A stretch of DNA of 64,000 nucleotides, taken from Meyerozyma guilliermondii (Eukaryota). The position numbers were made by a program, and so were the translations under genes. The notes beneath the pieces are model-generated. The model saw only the letters and a list, made by a program, of their open reading frames with translations. It did not search any database and had not been told where the DNA came from. Positions within the stretch are counted from its first letter, which is position 1; each line of letters begins with the position of its first letter. Shown piece after piece: positions 1-11,112 of the stretch. The stretch lies in assembly GCA_051546255.1 (NCBI GenBank), contig CP128817.1, positions 744,001-808,000 on the forward strand, read 5' to 3'.

Positions 1-839
1 CGCTTGTCATAGTTGAGAGTGGTTAGGACATTCTCGAGAACATTGGCAGCGTGCGAACCACATACCAAAGCTACCGACCGCAAGTAGCGGAAAGACGTTT
101 CTTTGGGGAACTGATCGCTGCTCACGGAGTCCATGTCCACCGTACGTGCGGTAAGAAGGTTGAGAATCCGGTTTTTAATATGTTCTTTGGACATCTTGTC
201 GGCTACCGGATGAGTCGCCATGTCAAACAAAAAGAAGCTTTTACGTTCTGTGCGCAAAATGCCTTTGTCTACGAGGCCCTTGGCCAACCGTTCACGCACC
301 TGTTTCAATTGATAGTTGATCTTCATCAAATTCCACGTTTCGCCCGATAAAAGATCGATCCAGTTGGTCACCGACAAATGCGACTCATCGTTCTTCATGA
401 TGCGAAGAGCCTCGTCCAATAACACCTCTCCAGTAGGCTCCGAGTCCACCACCTGGACCAAACGGTCGGCCAATTCGAACCTTCTACGAGCAGGGTCGTT
501 GACCAAGGTAATTTTGTTGCGGAATGCCAATTCCAACAAAATACACCCACGCAAAGCATAGGAAATGTTGTCGTTCCAGAACGACAAGTAGCCCTCTCTG
601 TCCTTGAGGCCCATAAGAAGCACTTCCTCCATCAACGTCAACAATGGTAGGTTCAATGTTTTGCTATCGGCGATGTCGCGTGAATCGATGCCAATCTTGT
701 GGTCGATAATTTCGCTGTCTCCTTCATCAAATTCACCAGAGGTTCTCTTGGAGCCTGGAGCGGGACTACCCGAACCTCCTCCTGCGCCCGCGGCTCTTCG
801 ACCGCCTCCGCGGCGCTTTTGCAAACCAGAACTCGACAT
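1..839 (-). CDS. VPS74: Golgi PI4P-binding protein Vps74/GOLPH3 (5' part; runs off the window start)
   Basis: Not in the ORF track. Manual translation from ATG at 839 gives [12 protein letters not shown]...[39 protein letters not shown], the GPP34/Vps74 signature. Confidence 0.93.
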   Translation of the reverse strand, partial: MSSSGLQKRRGGGRRAAGAGGGSGSPAPGSKRTSGEFDEGDSEIIDHKIGIDSRDIADSKTLNLPLLTLMEEVLLMGLKDREGYLSFWNDNISYALRGCILLELAFRNKITLVNDPARRRFELADRLVQVVDSEPTGEVLLDEALRIMKNDESHLSVTNWIDLLSGETWNLMKINYQLKQVRERLAKGLVDKGILRTERKSFFLFDMATHPVADKMSKEHIKNRILNLLTARTVDMDSVSSDQFPKETSFRYLRSVALVCGSHAANVLENVLTTLNYDK

Positions 840-1387
840 GATTATACCGTCGTTGAGGTGGATTTCAGCTAGATTTTGGATTTCGGCAGATGCAGGAGCT
901 CTGCTGGAGCCTGTGATTGTGAAAGCTTATGGTAGGGAAAGAGACTGAAATGAGCCGAAAAGCTACCTAAATGATAGTTGATAATGATGTGAAGCTCTGT
1001 GCTTGGTTTCGAGACTCAATTGCCAATTTTGGTCCATTTACATGTGTCTTTCTCCTTGTGCGATTATGTAATTTCCGTAACTACATAGCCTGGGTCCTTT
1101 TCTTATATGCCGACCGCGTGTACAAAGATACTATTGATGGATTAGTGGTACCGACAGCATTAACCTCAAACTCAAGAAAGCCGCAGAAAGCCGCGGAGAA
1201 TTGAAAGCTCTTACTATAAGCTGAATTTCAGTGGATTATAACAAGCAACACCATCTCTTATTTGGACTCAGATACGATCCAATTGCAGCTTGTTGGTGGT
1301 TCTGGTTCGTGATTATACCATCACTACCTATTATAGCTCAATTTCGATCAAAGATTCTTGATCCTTCCACCTAAGAGACTCACCACA

Positions 1388-1420
1388 TTTAATCACCACC
1401 TTTAATCACCAACTTTAATC
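1388..1420 (+). repeat. 13-bp-period imperfect tandem repeat (TTTAATCACC) just upstream of FAB1
   Basis: TTTAATCACC at 1388 and 1401; TTTAATC at 1414. Confidence 0.7.
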
Positions 1421-1431
1421 CTTTGTTCCAA

Positions 1432-4400
1432 ATGTTATCTCCCACGTTTACCAACAATAGCGATGAACCCCACACCCCCGATAGAGACGATTATGTTTCG
1501 TTCCCTATGTTTCCTGAACCCCAGGATGACCGTGAAACCAGCTTCGGCCGTATACTATCCAGAACACTCCGCAAGGTGACCTCCAATGCGTCACATCTTG
1601 TTCAGAATTATGCCAACAAGAGTGACGACGATGATGAAGAAAATGCTGGTCCGGTCCGATTGCCCAATCTCGCCTCCACCATACTGGGTGCCGAAGATAT
1701 TGACTCGGTTCCACACATATATGCATCTGGACCGGCTGTTTCTCATGTGGATTCAGTGCAAACAAGCATTGAGGAACTGACTAAAGAACCAAATCCACCT
1801 CGTCCTCGTGAATTTCCTGATAAATCAGCAACAACAGAATCAGTTCCACTGACTTTGCCTCCACCAGTAGTGATGTCTGATAGGCATAGTCTTCGGTTAT
1901 CGACAATGTCGGTACCGAAGCTTTCGGCAGTGGATACTAGTTCTGTGCGTTATGCAAGAGAAGAGATAAATGCCACTGCCTCTCTTCTTCCAGCGCCTCA
2001 GCCGGTGGTTGCAAAATCCACCACCTCTGTCATAGCAGAAACTACCGCTAACAACACTCATGATTCCAATGTTGAAACTTCTTCACTCCAAGATAAAATC
2101 ACCTCCATCTTTACAAACCTTCCCAACGATATAGAGGTTTCAGACGACTCGGCTTCTGAAGGTGATACTGCAAACGACAGCACATTAGGACCACTCAAGA
2201 GAACTGATGCTAGCTTCGATAAGGACTCTGAATTCTATACTAGTTCACGTCGGAACTCTATTGTTCCCAGCATATCATCCAAGACTCAAACGTCGGCTCT
2301 TATAAGCGGAGCCAAGTCCATCTTGAGCACCAGCATTCCTCTGACAGTTCTACCTGCATCCCTAACTCCCAGCAGTAGTATTAAACGGTCCAAGAAAAAG
2401 AAGAAACTAATTAAGCGCAAGAACTCGGAAAATCCTTTGAAAAACGGTGGGATTCCTCAGAAATATTGGATGAACGATTCTTTCGTCTCAGACTGTCTCA
2501 ACTGTTTCAAGCCGTTTACTGCATTCCGACGTAAGCATCATTGTCGATTTTGTGGTCAGATCTTCTGTGCCGATTGCACCCTCTTTATTTCCTACAATCA
2601 GCATAAAGACGAACGTAAAGCCAGGGTTGCGTCGTCTACTCACAGGCGAGGAAAAAGCTACCAAGATCAACTTCGGGTGTGCAAGCCATGCTATAGTGAT
2701 GTGATTGTGTATTTGAGTGACGACTCTTCCTCGTCATCCTCTGAATCTGGTGACGAAGATCCTATTCCGACAGAAACTCTTACGCCAAACTACCTGTTGT
2801 CTAGGATGCGCTCACTCTCGACGGGCTCTCGAAAGGACAGTTTGCGGCACGAGATAAGACTGGACAGTCGTGAACTTCGAGAATCTCCACAGCACAATAG
2901 AACATTTCTTAAATCTCCCGATCAAAGTTCGCCGGTACCATATAGGTCTCCACAGCATCTGACCCTGACTGACATTACAACTACTCGCCCACCTCATTTC
3001 GAGGTCTTACTGTCAAAGCACGCTCCGCAAATGGCGATACCTACTACCAGAAAAGGCGAGGCAGTTGAAATTCCTGATATTCCTTCTCGTCGAAATACCA
3101 ACAAATCGATGGGTTTATCGAGCAGTGCCACCTCCAAATTTACACCTTTCACCTCACTAGACCATTCTGCAAGACACCTTCTGACGCTGGGAGACTATTC
3201 GCCTTGGATGAAGAACTACACCTCAGCTGGAGATTTGTCGCAATCGCTCAGTCTTGATAATATTGGACAATTTTACAGCAGCTTGATCGGCAAACGATCT
3301 CACGGTAAACTCACAGACAAGGATTCAATCAGGTACGATCGAAGCGAGATTAAAAATTCCACAAAGATTCAGGACGAAGACTTGGAAAGCGAAAGTGAAG
3401 ACGAGAACGTGATGTCATTATATACCTCGCTCAACCACGGACCGCTTACGGTAAGATCCAGCCTTCCTCCACGTCACTCTATCAGCGCTAATGCAGTGCC
3501 AACATTGGGTGAATTTCCTCAAATGTTAGCGAAAGATAGTGATAAGAATTTCACCATTTCTCAAGGTCATTCGAATCACCTACTTGTTCCCCTAGGAAGT
3601 TTGCAGCGTCGACTGTTATCCTTTATGAGTCCAAAACCTGAGACTAGCTCGAAGTCTCGTGAGCGAGCCCACGCATCGCTTCTTAGAATGAAGTCTCGCC
3701 GAAGAGGAACATCCACACGAAATGTCCTGATTCTCACCCGCAACAATAATCGTCTACCGAGTTTGGATGCTTCTCAACAGACTTTCGATTCACCTCCCGC
3801 ATCACCCGCTCCCGATGAGACCAAGACAAGCTTGTCAAAGACGTTTTCTGGAGAAATTGCAGATTCCCTCAAATCATTATCACCTGAGAACCTGACCCAC
3901 GAGTACGCTGAGGTGCTGAAACAAAGTCCGTCTTTTGATGAAAAGAAGTTTGTGGACAAAGACCGAACTGTCAAAAATTTGTCAAAGGACCTGATGTATT
4001 CTTCCCTTTTCAAAAAATTGGCTTATCAATGCTTCGATGATAGTGGTATAAAGGATAATTCTGACCGATGGTATGCATCCCTCATGAGGGTCCTTTCTCA
4101 TCTTGACGATCTTAAGCTAACTGATACATTGGACATCAAGCAATATGTGAAGATTAAGAAGATTTTTGGAGGTCAAATTGAAGACACAGCTATGGTGGAT
4201 GGCATATTCATGACCAAGAATGTTGATTCCAAGAGAATGGCGGTGGACATTGACAATCCCAAGATTGCAATTTTGATGTTTCCTCTCGAATACATGAAAC
4301 AGAAGGAACAATTTATCAGTCTCCGGACCATACATTCACAGCAATCAGTCTATATCTCCAACCTTGTATCCCGGATTGTATCCTTCAAGCCGGATATCAT

Positions 4401-7400
4401 TTTAGTTGGAGATACTGTTTGTGGTATGGCTGAGTCCCTATTGGAGGCTGAAAACATTACAGTGATTTCCAATCTCAAACCGCAAATCATAGAAAGAGTA
4501 TCCAGATACACCAAGGCCGATATATTTCAATCTATCAATGACTTGTTTTTCAAGAAAGGGTCCTTGGGCACTTGTGCCAAATTCAGAGTGAAGAGATATA
4601 TCTATGAAAACTGCGTGAAGACATTCGTTTTCTTTACGGGAACTGATGTGACTTCAGGGTTCACAGTTGCTTTAAGAGGTGGTCTGGAGTCCTTATTGGA
4701 TTCTGTAAAGTACACCGCTGAGGTCCTTGCTCCAAGTATTTTGAACTCAAAATTTGAAGTCTCGTTATTGAAAGAGCAAGGGGTAGAATACCTTGACGAA
4801 CCTTCTAGCGAGCTGAGCCTTCTATCCAAAGTTACAAATATCGAGGGTACACTTGATTTGTTGATCAAAGTTTACGAAAGTTTACCAAAAGAGATCAAAA
4901 CTCAATTGGGAGCTCTTCATATTCTTGACAAGCAAGAGGTGTTTGAGTATTGCAAGTCATTCCAGAAGCGTCAACTCTCTTCCTCGCCATCTGTGGTGTA
5001 TGCTCCCCCATCAGCATTATGGAATTTGATCGAGTCATATGAATACTACCTAAATGCATTTGACAATTTCAAACAGATCTTACTTTCTGGTGTCGAAGAG
5101 ATTGATCCGGAGTCATTGAAAAGCATAGGGATGTCAACTCTGTTGGAAATGCTTCCAGGAGGATCAAGCGATCTCCTTCCAATTGTCAAAAGTGCTCGAG
5201 ATGTCACTTTGCGGTATTCGTTGGATGAGTTGGTAACCAAGGAACGCATATGGTCAAACTGCGCTAAACTTCCAAAATACCTGCTCTCACCAAGTAGCCA
5301 TCGAAGCATACACATTTTGAACTCGACCGTCTCCATAACGCATGCGACTCCATGTTTCGGGCCCAATTTGGTTGTTGTGGATTATTACACCGAAAACGAC
5401 AAATGTATAGGCCTTTTTCTAGACCAGATATTCCAGGAAGCTTCCAAGACCTGCGAAGAGTGTGGTGTTCTATTCTTGAACCATTACAAATCTTACGTTC
5501 ATGGCAATGGAAAGCTTGACTTCATTACTGAAAGATTTGAAAATGTCATGGATGGCGCTTTGCATGAGGGTCTCAATCAAAGGTTCATGTGGAGTTATTG
5601 CCAGGAATGTAAGAAAACGACTCCTATTCAAAAGATGAGTCCGGAAACATATTACTATTCAATTGGGAAATTTTTCGAGCTAGGGTTTTGGAACGGCAAA
5701 GCGTCGCATATCAGTAGCATTGACTGCCCTCATGACTTCTTCAGGAGCCATATCCGATATTTTGGCTTGAACGATTTGGTGATCAGATTGGAGTATTCCA
5801 CTATAGAGACTTATGAGGTGATTGCACCAAGAAAGCAGCTTGAGATTGTACCTTCAGCTGATATGTCATTGAAGATCAAAACTTACCATCTGATTCGTGA
5901 CAAGTCCAACAAGTTTTTCAAGAGTATCGAGAGTCGCTTGTACAGGGTTAAAGTGGATACTTTTGAAGATTCCAAAGCCGGAATGGAAAAGCTCGAAGAA
6001 TTGAAAAATAAGCATCGCGAGCAAGTTGGCTCCATTGATACCCAACTACTTGAATTATACAACAGCACTCCGCCTACGGTGCATCTTCCATTGAATGCCA
6101 TTTTGCGTACCTTGCAAGAGCTTGGTGTTTTTTGGGATAATGAGTTCAACGATTTCGAAAAGAGGTTTTTACCTAGTGAGAATGATATCACCAAGATTAC
6201 TCAGTTTCACTTGACAAACTTTTTAATGGAAAAGCTTAATTCTGAACAGAGTACAGATTCACAAAGGAGTGAGAATAAGGATGATATGCGAGCCAAGCCA
6301 CTTGACGTACCTTCTACTGTTAATGAAGGGCGGGCTGCGCAACTCAATAAAGAGAAGACCAATGAAATAGGAGAAATGATTCCCTCATCTTTATTTCGTC
6401 GTCTGAAGCTAGGTGATGACAGACTCCAATCCAAGATGTCACAAATCGAGGATATTACACCTAAGGTACCTGAAGGATCTTCTACACCACGACAAGAAAC
6501 TCACCAAGGGCAAGAAGCAGCTCAGCCTACACAAAGTCGGGTGTCTCAATTGGCCAATTACTTTGACCAAATGAACTTGGATCAGATTTCAAAAGAATTC
6601 AAACAGCAAAGAGAAAGAGAGCTCAAGAAAAAGATCAACAAGTTTAAGGCATTCCCTATTGTGGCTTCTAAACCGATTGTTGAAATCTATGATAATATCG
6701 AGGACGTGGTTGACGTTACAGATATGGATACCGAGAAGGGAGAGCGAGCAGAAAAGCCAGAGCAAAAGTGGAAAGATATTCCTCGCAAAGAAAGCATGAA
6801 AACTGATGATGCTGATAAGGTGAAAGATAAGCCAAAAGACGTCAAGAAAGGTGTGGACTTACCTCAGCCCGAAAAGAATTCTCTCTTGAAGTCGTTGACT
6901 ACCTTTTGGGCAGATCGGTCTGCTTCACTTTGGGATTCTTTGGATTTTCCCTTGGATGCGATGGAGCATACTTTTGCTGACTCTGATGTTATTGTTCGCG
7001 AAGATGAGCCCAGTTCTCTCGTTTCATTTTGTCTTTCTTCCAGCGACTACAAGCTGAAAATCAAAGTTATGGAAGGTGATGGCGATATGGTCGACGACAA
7101 CGAGAACGGCAGCAGCGATATTACTGAGAACAAGAAATTGAAAAACTTTGTCAAGATCGAGAAAAAGTTCAAGAAGAAACTCTCTGACGACGAAAGTGTT
7201 CATGAGCTCGAAAAAATCATGACAAAGGATAAATCCAATCATCTCAAGTATCAGTTCAGCGACGGTGATACGCAGTTTTCGTGTAAGATCTTTTACTCCG
7301 AGCAATTTGAAGCGTTGCGAAGATCGTGTGGTAATAACGACAGTTTCATCCAAAGTCTTTCGCGGTGTGTGAAGTGGGACTCTAGTGGAGGGCAGAGTGG

Positions 7401-8097
7401 GTCAAACTTTTTGAAAACTTTGGATAATCGGTATATTGTCAAAGAGCTTTCGAAAAGTGAGCTCGAATCTTTCATTGCCATTGCTCCATTCTACTTCAAG
7501 TATATCTGCCAATCCCTTTTCAGTACTTTGTCAACCGCAATAGCCAAGATTTTTGGTTTCTATCAGATTCATATTAAAAATGCAGCTACAGGAAAGACGT
7601 TTCGTATGGATTTCCTTATCATGGAAAACTTGTTTTACAATCACAAAACGACGAGAATTTTTGATTTGAAGGGAAGCATGAGAAACAGGCATGTCAAGCA
7701 GACCGGAAAGGAGAACGAGGTGTTATTGGACGAGAACATGATTGAGTATATCTACGAATCTCCCTTGTTCGTGAAGGAACATCTGAAGCGAATGCTCCGA
7801 GGATCTCTTTTCAACGACACCTCGTTCTTCTCCGCCATGGACGTGATGGACTACTCACTTATAATAGGCATTGACGATACCTCCAAGAGGCTCTACATTG
7901 GTATTATCGACTGGTTGCGTACTTTTACGTGGGACAAAAAAGTGGAGAATTGGGTCAAGGGTAATAACTTGATGGGCGGTGGAAAAAAGGGAAAAGATCC
8001 GACAATCGTCACCCCGAAACAGTATAGAACCCGGTTCCGTGAAGCTATGGAACGATATATCCTTGAAGTACCCGATATTTGGTACGAAGGTCGGTGA
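1432..8097 (+). CDS. FAB1: 1-phosphatidylinositol-3-phosphate 5-kinase
   Basis: FYVE domain (WMND...RRKHHCRFCGQIFC), Cpn60/CCT-like domain, C-terminal PIP-kinase domain (GGQSGS, FDLKGS, MDYSL, IIDWLRTFTWDKK). First ATG is at 1432; the track starts at TTG 1423. Confidence 0.97.
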   Translation: MLSPTFTNNSDEPHTPDRDDYVSFPMFPEPQDDRETSFGRILSRTLRKVTSNASHLVQNYANKSDDDDEENAGPVRLPNLASTILGAEDIDSVPHIYASGPAVSHVDSVQTSIEELTKEPNPPRPREFPDKSATTESVPLTLPPPVVMSDRHSLRLSTMSVPKLSAVDTSSVRYAREEINATASLLPAPQPVVAKSTTSVIAETTANNTHDSNVETSSLQDKITSIFTNLPNDIEVSDDSASEGDTANDSTLGPLKRTDASFDKDSEFYTSSRRNSIVPSISSKTQTSALISGAKSILSTSIPLTVLPASLTPSSSIKRSKKKKKLIKRKNSENPLKNGGIPQKYWMNDSFVSDCLNCFKPFTAFRRKHHCRFCGQIFCADCTLFISYNQHKDERKARVASSTHRRGKSYQDQLRVCKPCYSDVIVYLSDDSSSSSSESGDEDPIPTETLTPNYLLSRMRSLSTGSRKDSLRHEIRLDSRELRESPQHNRTFLKSPDQSSPVPYRSPQHLTLTDITTTRPPHFEVLLSKHAPQMAIPTTRKGEAVEIPDIPSRRNTNKSMGLSSSATSKFTPFTSLDHSARHLLTLGDYSPWMKNYTSAGDLSQSLSLDNIGQFYSSLIGKRSHGKLTDKDSIRYDRSEIKNSTKIQDEDLESESEDENVMSLYTSLNHGPLTVRSSLPPRHSISANAVPTLGEFPQMLAKDSDKNFTISQGHSNHLLVPLGSLQRRLLSFMSPKPETSSKSRERAHASLLRMKSRRRGTSTRNVLILTRNNNRLPSLDASQQTFDSPPASPAPDETKTSLSKTFSGEIADSLKSLSPENLTHEYAEVLKQSPSFDEKKFVDKDRTVKNLSKDLMYSSLFKKLAYQCFDDSGIKDNSDRWYASLMRVLSHLDDLKLTDTLDIKQYVKIKKIFGGQIEDTAMVDGIFMTKNVDSKRMAVDIDNPKIAILMFPLEYMKQKEQFISLRTIHSQQSVYISNLVSRIVSFKPDIILVGDTVCGMAESLLEAENITVISNLKPQIIERVSRYTKADIFQSINDLFFKKGSLGTCAKFRVKRYIYENCVKTFVFFTGTDVTSGFTVALRGGLESLLDSVKYTAEVLAPSILNSKFEVSLLKEQGVEYLDEPSSELSLLSKVTNIEGTLDLLIKVYESLPKEIKTQLGALHILDKQEVFEYCKSFQKRQLSSSPSVVYAPPSALWNLIESYEYYLNAFDNFKQILLSGVEEIDPESLKSIGMSTLLEMLPGGSSDLLPIVKSARDVTLRYSLDELVTKERIWSNCAKLPKYLLSPSSHRSIHILNSTVSITHATPCFGPNLVVVDYYTENDKCIGLFLDQIFQEASKTCEECGVLFLNHYKSYVHGNGKLDFITERFENVMDGALHEGLNQRFMWSYCQECKKTTPIQKMSPETYYYSIGKFFELGFWNGKASHISSIDCPHDFFRSHIRYFGLNDLVIRLEYSTIETYEVIAPRKQLEIVPSADMSLKIKTYHLIRDKSNKFFKSIESRLYRVKVDTFEDSKAGMEKLEELKNKHREQVGSIDTQLLELYNSTPPTVHLPLNAILRTLQELGVFWDNEFNDFEKRFLPSENDITKITQFHLTNFLMEKLNSEQSTDSQRSENKDDMRAKPLDVPSTVNEGRAAQLNKEKTNEIGEMIPSSLFRRLKLGDDRLQSKMSQIEDITPKVPEGSSTPRQETHQGQEAAQPTQSRVSQLANYFDQMNLDQISKEFKQQRERELKKKINKFKAFPIVASKPIVEIYDNIEDVVDVTDMDTEKGERAEKPEQKWKDIPRKESMKTDDADKVKDKPKDVKKGVDLPQPEKNSLLKSLTTFWADRSASLWDSLDFPLDAMEHTFADSDVIVREDEPSSLVSFCLSSSDYKLKIKVMEGDGDMVDDNENGSSDITENKKLKNFVKIEKKFKKKLSDDESVHELEKIMTKDKSNHLKYQFSDGDTQFSCKIFYSEQFEALRRSCGNNDSFIQSLSRCVKWDSSGGQSGSNFLKTLDNRYIVKELSKSELESFIAIAPFYFKYICQSLFSTLSTAIAKIFGFYQIHIKNAATGKTFRMDFLIMENLFYNHKTTRIFDLKGSMRNRHVKQTGKENEVLLDENMIEYIYESPLFVKEHLKRMLRGSLFNDTSFFSAMDVMDYSLIIGIDDTSKRLYIGIIDWLRTFTWDKKVENWVKGNNLMGGGKKGKDPTIVTPKQYRTRFREAMERYILEVPDIWYEGR

Positions 8098-8317
8098 ATC
8101 ACCGCCTGCATTATCGCTACTGCACTCACCTGTCAAGCCGCACCATCGCGCGTTACAGCCACTCGTCCTGCCCCGTGTTGGCAATTGCGAGGCAGTGTGC
8201 GTGCGCCAAACGCACTGTCCTGCAACGCCTTGCTGGCTGGCGTGCGGCACTCAGTGAAAGCCGCGTATAGGGGTCTAAATCGATTTCGTCAGTTTGATCT
8301 CTTGATAATTGTGACTG

Positions 8318-9880
8318 ATGGGGTTTGGATTTCACACCGCATCGGCGGTCTTGATGATAATATGCCTTGTTTTCTTGATCCTTGCCACAATATCGGCCCC
8401 AGTGGTGCCTTCGTTTGCCTTGGGCCAAACTACAAGCCACAGATTTGGTGTGTTTGGGCTGTGTGAAATTAAATCTGGGAGTTGTACTAAAGCTGCTTAT
8501 CCTTACACTCTTGGTGATATCGATAAAGGTTCTGGCTGGACATTGGCTCCGTCTACTAGAAATTCGTTATCCAAGATCTTTATTTTGTGCCCGATCGGAG
8601 CAGGTCTTAGTTTGATAACATTACTTGCTATTCTTGTGGGCCACTGTGTTGGATCAGTGGCTCTTATTTTGGCGATTGTTTTCAATGCCATCTCGTTTAT
8701 CATTGCGGTTCTTGTATGTGTTATTGTGATCGTTGTGTTCAACCCAAATGTTGCTTGGACTGGTTGGATCTTGATCGGACTGGCAGTAGCCTCGTTGTTT
8801 TCTCTCATTTTGTTGGTACTTGCCCTCAAGTTCCATGGCTCTCGTGACGATGCAGATGAAAACGAAGGCGACACTACTAGCTTTGAAGGTGATAGGGCTT
8901 TTGGTGTACCTAACAAGGCGTTCGACGAGAAATTTTCCGCACCTAGATCTGGTGGTTATGGTGACGACTCGTCTTTCAAGCAGTCATACCAATTCACTGT
9001 CCAAAAGCCTCAGACACAAGTTTCGAAAACGTTGACAAACTCTAGTGTCTACAACTCCAACCCACAGTTGGCAAAGGATTTTACGGTTCACGATAGACCT
9101 TCAAACTTGTCGCTTGGTCGCACCGGAACTGCTAGCTCTTCTTTCTACGATGAACTGCGGGTAAACTTGGTCAATGGTCCTAATACGCCCGTTGTAAGCA
9201 ATAAGCAAATGGCACCAAACGTCAGACCAGAAGTAGCTCAGACGCAAATGCCTGCCCCAAAACAACCTCCTTATCCAGCTCAAAATCCCTTGGACAAGAG
9301 GCCATATAACCCCACTGACATGAGTGTGTTTGAACACCATCCTGAAGTTGAGGGACACCGTCCTTTCACGGAACTTCCAGATGACGAGCCGGCTCGTACC
9401 AACCACAACTATAGCAAATCAGACGAGATGGATTCAGATGCTGATTCGGACTTTACTAGTGTATCCCAGCGTGCACCCAACCCCAACTATCAACCTCAAA
9501 TGAACTATTTTCCTCCTCCACAACAAGCTGGTGGACCTGTACCTTACGGAGGAAACCCCCATCCTCCACAGCAGCCTCCTCAACAGAATTATGGCTACTC
9601 GCAAGGTCAACAATATGCGCCGCAATTTGTGTCCCGACCTGCTGGAAACTTTGGGCCTCCTCCTTCGCAAAATTATGCACCTCCCATGCATCAACAGCTG
9701 AGAGGACCTACTGTGTCAGAAAACATTTTGTCGCAAAATCCTGACGTGAACTTTGCAAGGACAGGAAGAAGAGGCCATCAGCAACAGTACAAACCAGGAG
9801 CTGCCAGAATAAATCAACAGAGAAACTTGATGGGTAACCGCGCTGCTGGGTTTAGAGATAGTCCGTATGGAGGGTTTTAG
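8318..9880 (+). CDS. Sur7/PalI-family 4-TM plasma-membrane protein with a long Pro/Gln-rich tail (Tos7/Dcv1/Rim9-like)
   Basis: N-terminal hydrophobic helices, FGVFGLC...C claudin-like loop, DSDFTSVSQRAPNP tail motif; adjacent to TLG2. Confidence 0.8.
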   Translation: MGFGFHTASAVLMIICLVFLILATISAPVVPSFALGQTTSHRFGVFGLCEIKSGSCTKAAYPYTLGDIDKGSGWTLAPSTRNSLSKIFILCPIGAGLSLITLLAILVGHCVGSVALILAIVFNAISFIIAVLVCVIVIVVFNPNVAWTGWILIGLAVASLFSLILLVLALKFHGSRDDADENEGDTTSFEGDRAFGVPNKAFDEKFSAPRSGGYGDDSSFKQSYQFTVQKPQTQVSKTLTNSSVYNSNPQLAKDFTVHDRPSNLSLGRTGTASSSFYDELRVNLVNGPNTPVVSNKQMAPNVRPEVAQTQMPAPKQPPYPAQNPLDKRPYNPTDMSVFEHHPEVEGHRPFTELPDDEPARTNHNYSKSDEMDSDADSDFTSVSQRAPNPNYQPQMNYFPPPQQAGGPVPYGGNPHPPQQPPQQNYGYSQGQQYAPQFVSRPAGNFGPPPSQNYAPPMHQQLRGPTVSENILSQNPDVNFARTGRRGHQQQYKPGAARINQQRNLMGNRAAGFRDSPYGGF

Positions 9881-9943
9881 GAACGACTTTATTTCGGTAG
9901 AATGTATTATATAGGAAGAAAATCAACACCAGGCTGAATTTGA

Positions 9944-11023
9944 TTAAGATCGTGGATTAGAATCGGGATTGGGATCTTGTGGGTGGTCTATGGTCGGCCT
10001 ATCTCCCTTGTCTGGTTGCGGATGGGAGGGCTTTTCCACCACCTTCGTTGATCCATGAGGTTTGACGAGAACTATCATGAATAATGCAAACACCACCAAT
10101 GAAAGCAAGAATATTATTTTGCATTTGGTTGTTCTCTTCTGGTAACCTTTCGCTTTGATAAGTTCCTTATCGGCAGTTTTGAGATCTTGCGCCGTGTTTG
10201 CCAAATTGTAGTCTATACGATCAAGCACACTGCCTTGGTCAACAACCAAACTTTCCATTTCTTTGAAGATGGTTGAGATTTCAAGTATACCCATTGCTAG
10301 TTTCAGAATTTCTCGATCGCGCTGTTCGAGGTATTGTGAGTTGGCACCTTTAACCTGTTGCGTTTCTTGAAGAACACGTTTTGAATAGTCTTCAATATTT
10401 TTGGCTTCTTCTTCCATGATAAGGGTGTTTTGGTCGGTATCCATATACGACGACGACGTTAATAGTGAGTCACTTTCGTCTTCGTCGTCACGGAGGAACT
10501 TCATGTAGTTATTTTGAAGATTACGGAAAAGTAATGAAGTATCCTGGAGTTTTTGAGCATAATTCTTCTTGTAGTTTTCAATGACTGCGAGATCATTGGC
10601 CGTGAAGTCAAGTCCTAGGCGATCGTAATTCTTTTGGAGAAACTCAAACTTCTTTATCAAAACGTAGCACGCTTCAAATTTCTTTGTGATGTCGTAATTG
10701 AGTTGCTCGATACTATTCTCTAAAACTCGCTTGTCTCCCTGGGCAGTAATGAGTAATTTTTTGTACATTGCATTAAGTTCTCCCGTCTTGGACTTGATAA
10801 AAGATAAATTGACGTCTATATCCTTCGATATGTCAACTGCTGTGGGAACAATTGGTTTCATTTCAATTGTGTTGCCATCATCACGGTACTTTGTATGACG
10901 CCGAGAACCCATCAAACCCTCTTCTTCCTCCCGCAAAGATGCGATTCTGTCGCCACTCAAAGGCACACTTCGAGATATCGTTCGCCGATAAGATAGAAAA
11001 AGGTTGGTTCTGTCCCTAAACAT
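9944..11023 (-). CDS. TLG2: Syntaxin-like t-SNARE
   Basis: N-peptide MFRDRTNLFLSYRRT, SNARE motif (VVDQGSVLDRIDYN), C-terminal TM helix plus luminal tail. Confidence 0.95.
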   Translation of the reverse strand: MFRDRTNLFLSYRRTISRSVPLSGDRIASLREEEEGLMGSRRHTKYRDDGNTIEMKPIVPTAVDISKDIDVNLSFIKSKTGELNAMYKKLLITAQGDKRVLENSIEQLNYDITKKFEACYVLIKKFEFLQKNYDRLGLDFTANDLAVIENYKKNYAQKLQDTSLLFRNLQNNYMKFLRDDEDESDSLLTSSSYMDTDQNTLIMEEEAKNIEDYSKRVLQETQQVKGANSQYLEQRDREILKLAMGILEISTIFKEMESLVVDQGSVLDRIDYNLANTAQDLKTADKELIKAKGYQKRTTKCKIIFLLSLVVFALFMIVLVKPHGSTKVVEKPSHPQPDKGDRPTIDHPQDPNPDSNPRS

Positions 11024-11112
11024 GCTACAAAATCGAGTAATCGGAAAAACGTCATTATGTGAACTTTTGTGTCCTGCACATACATGGAGGATTGTCTAGG
11101 TATATATAGTGT

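Noticed and set aside
51..1204. Plus-strand ORFs of 77-114 aa
   Set aside because: They are antisense to VPS74 or lie in its promoter, and show no protein-like features.
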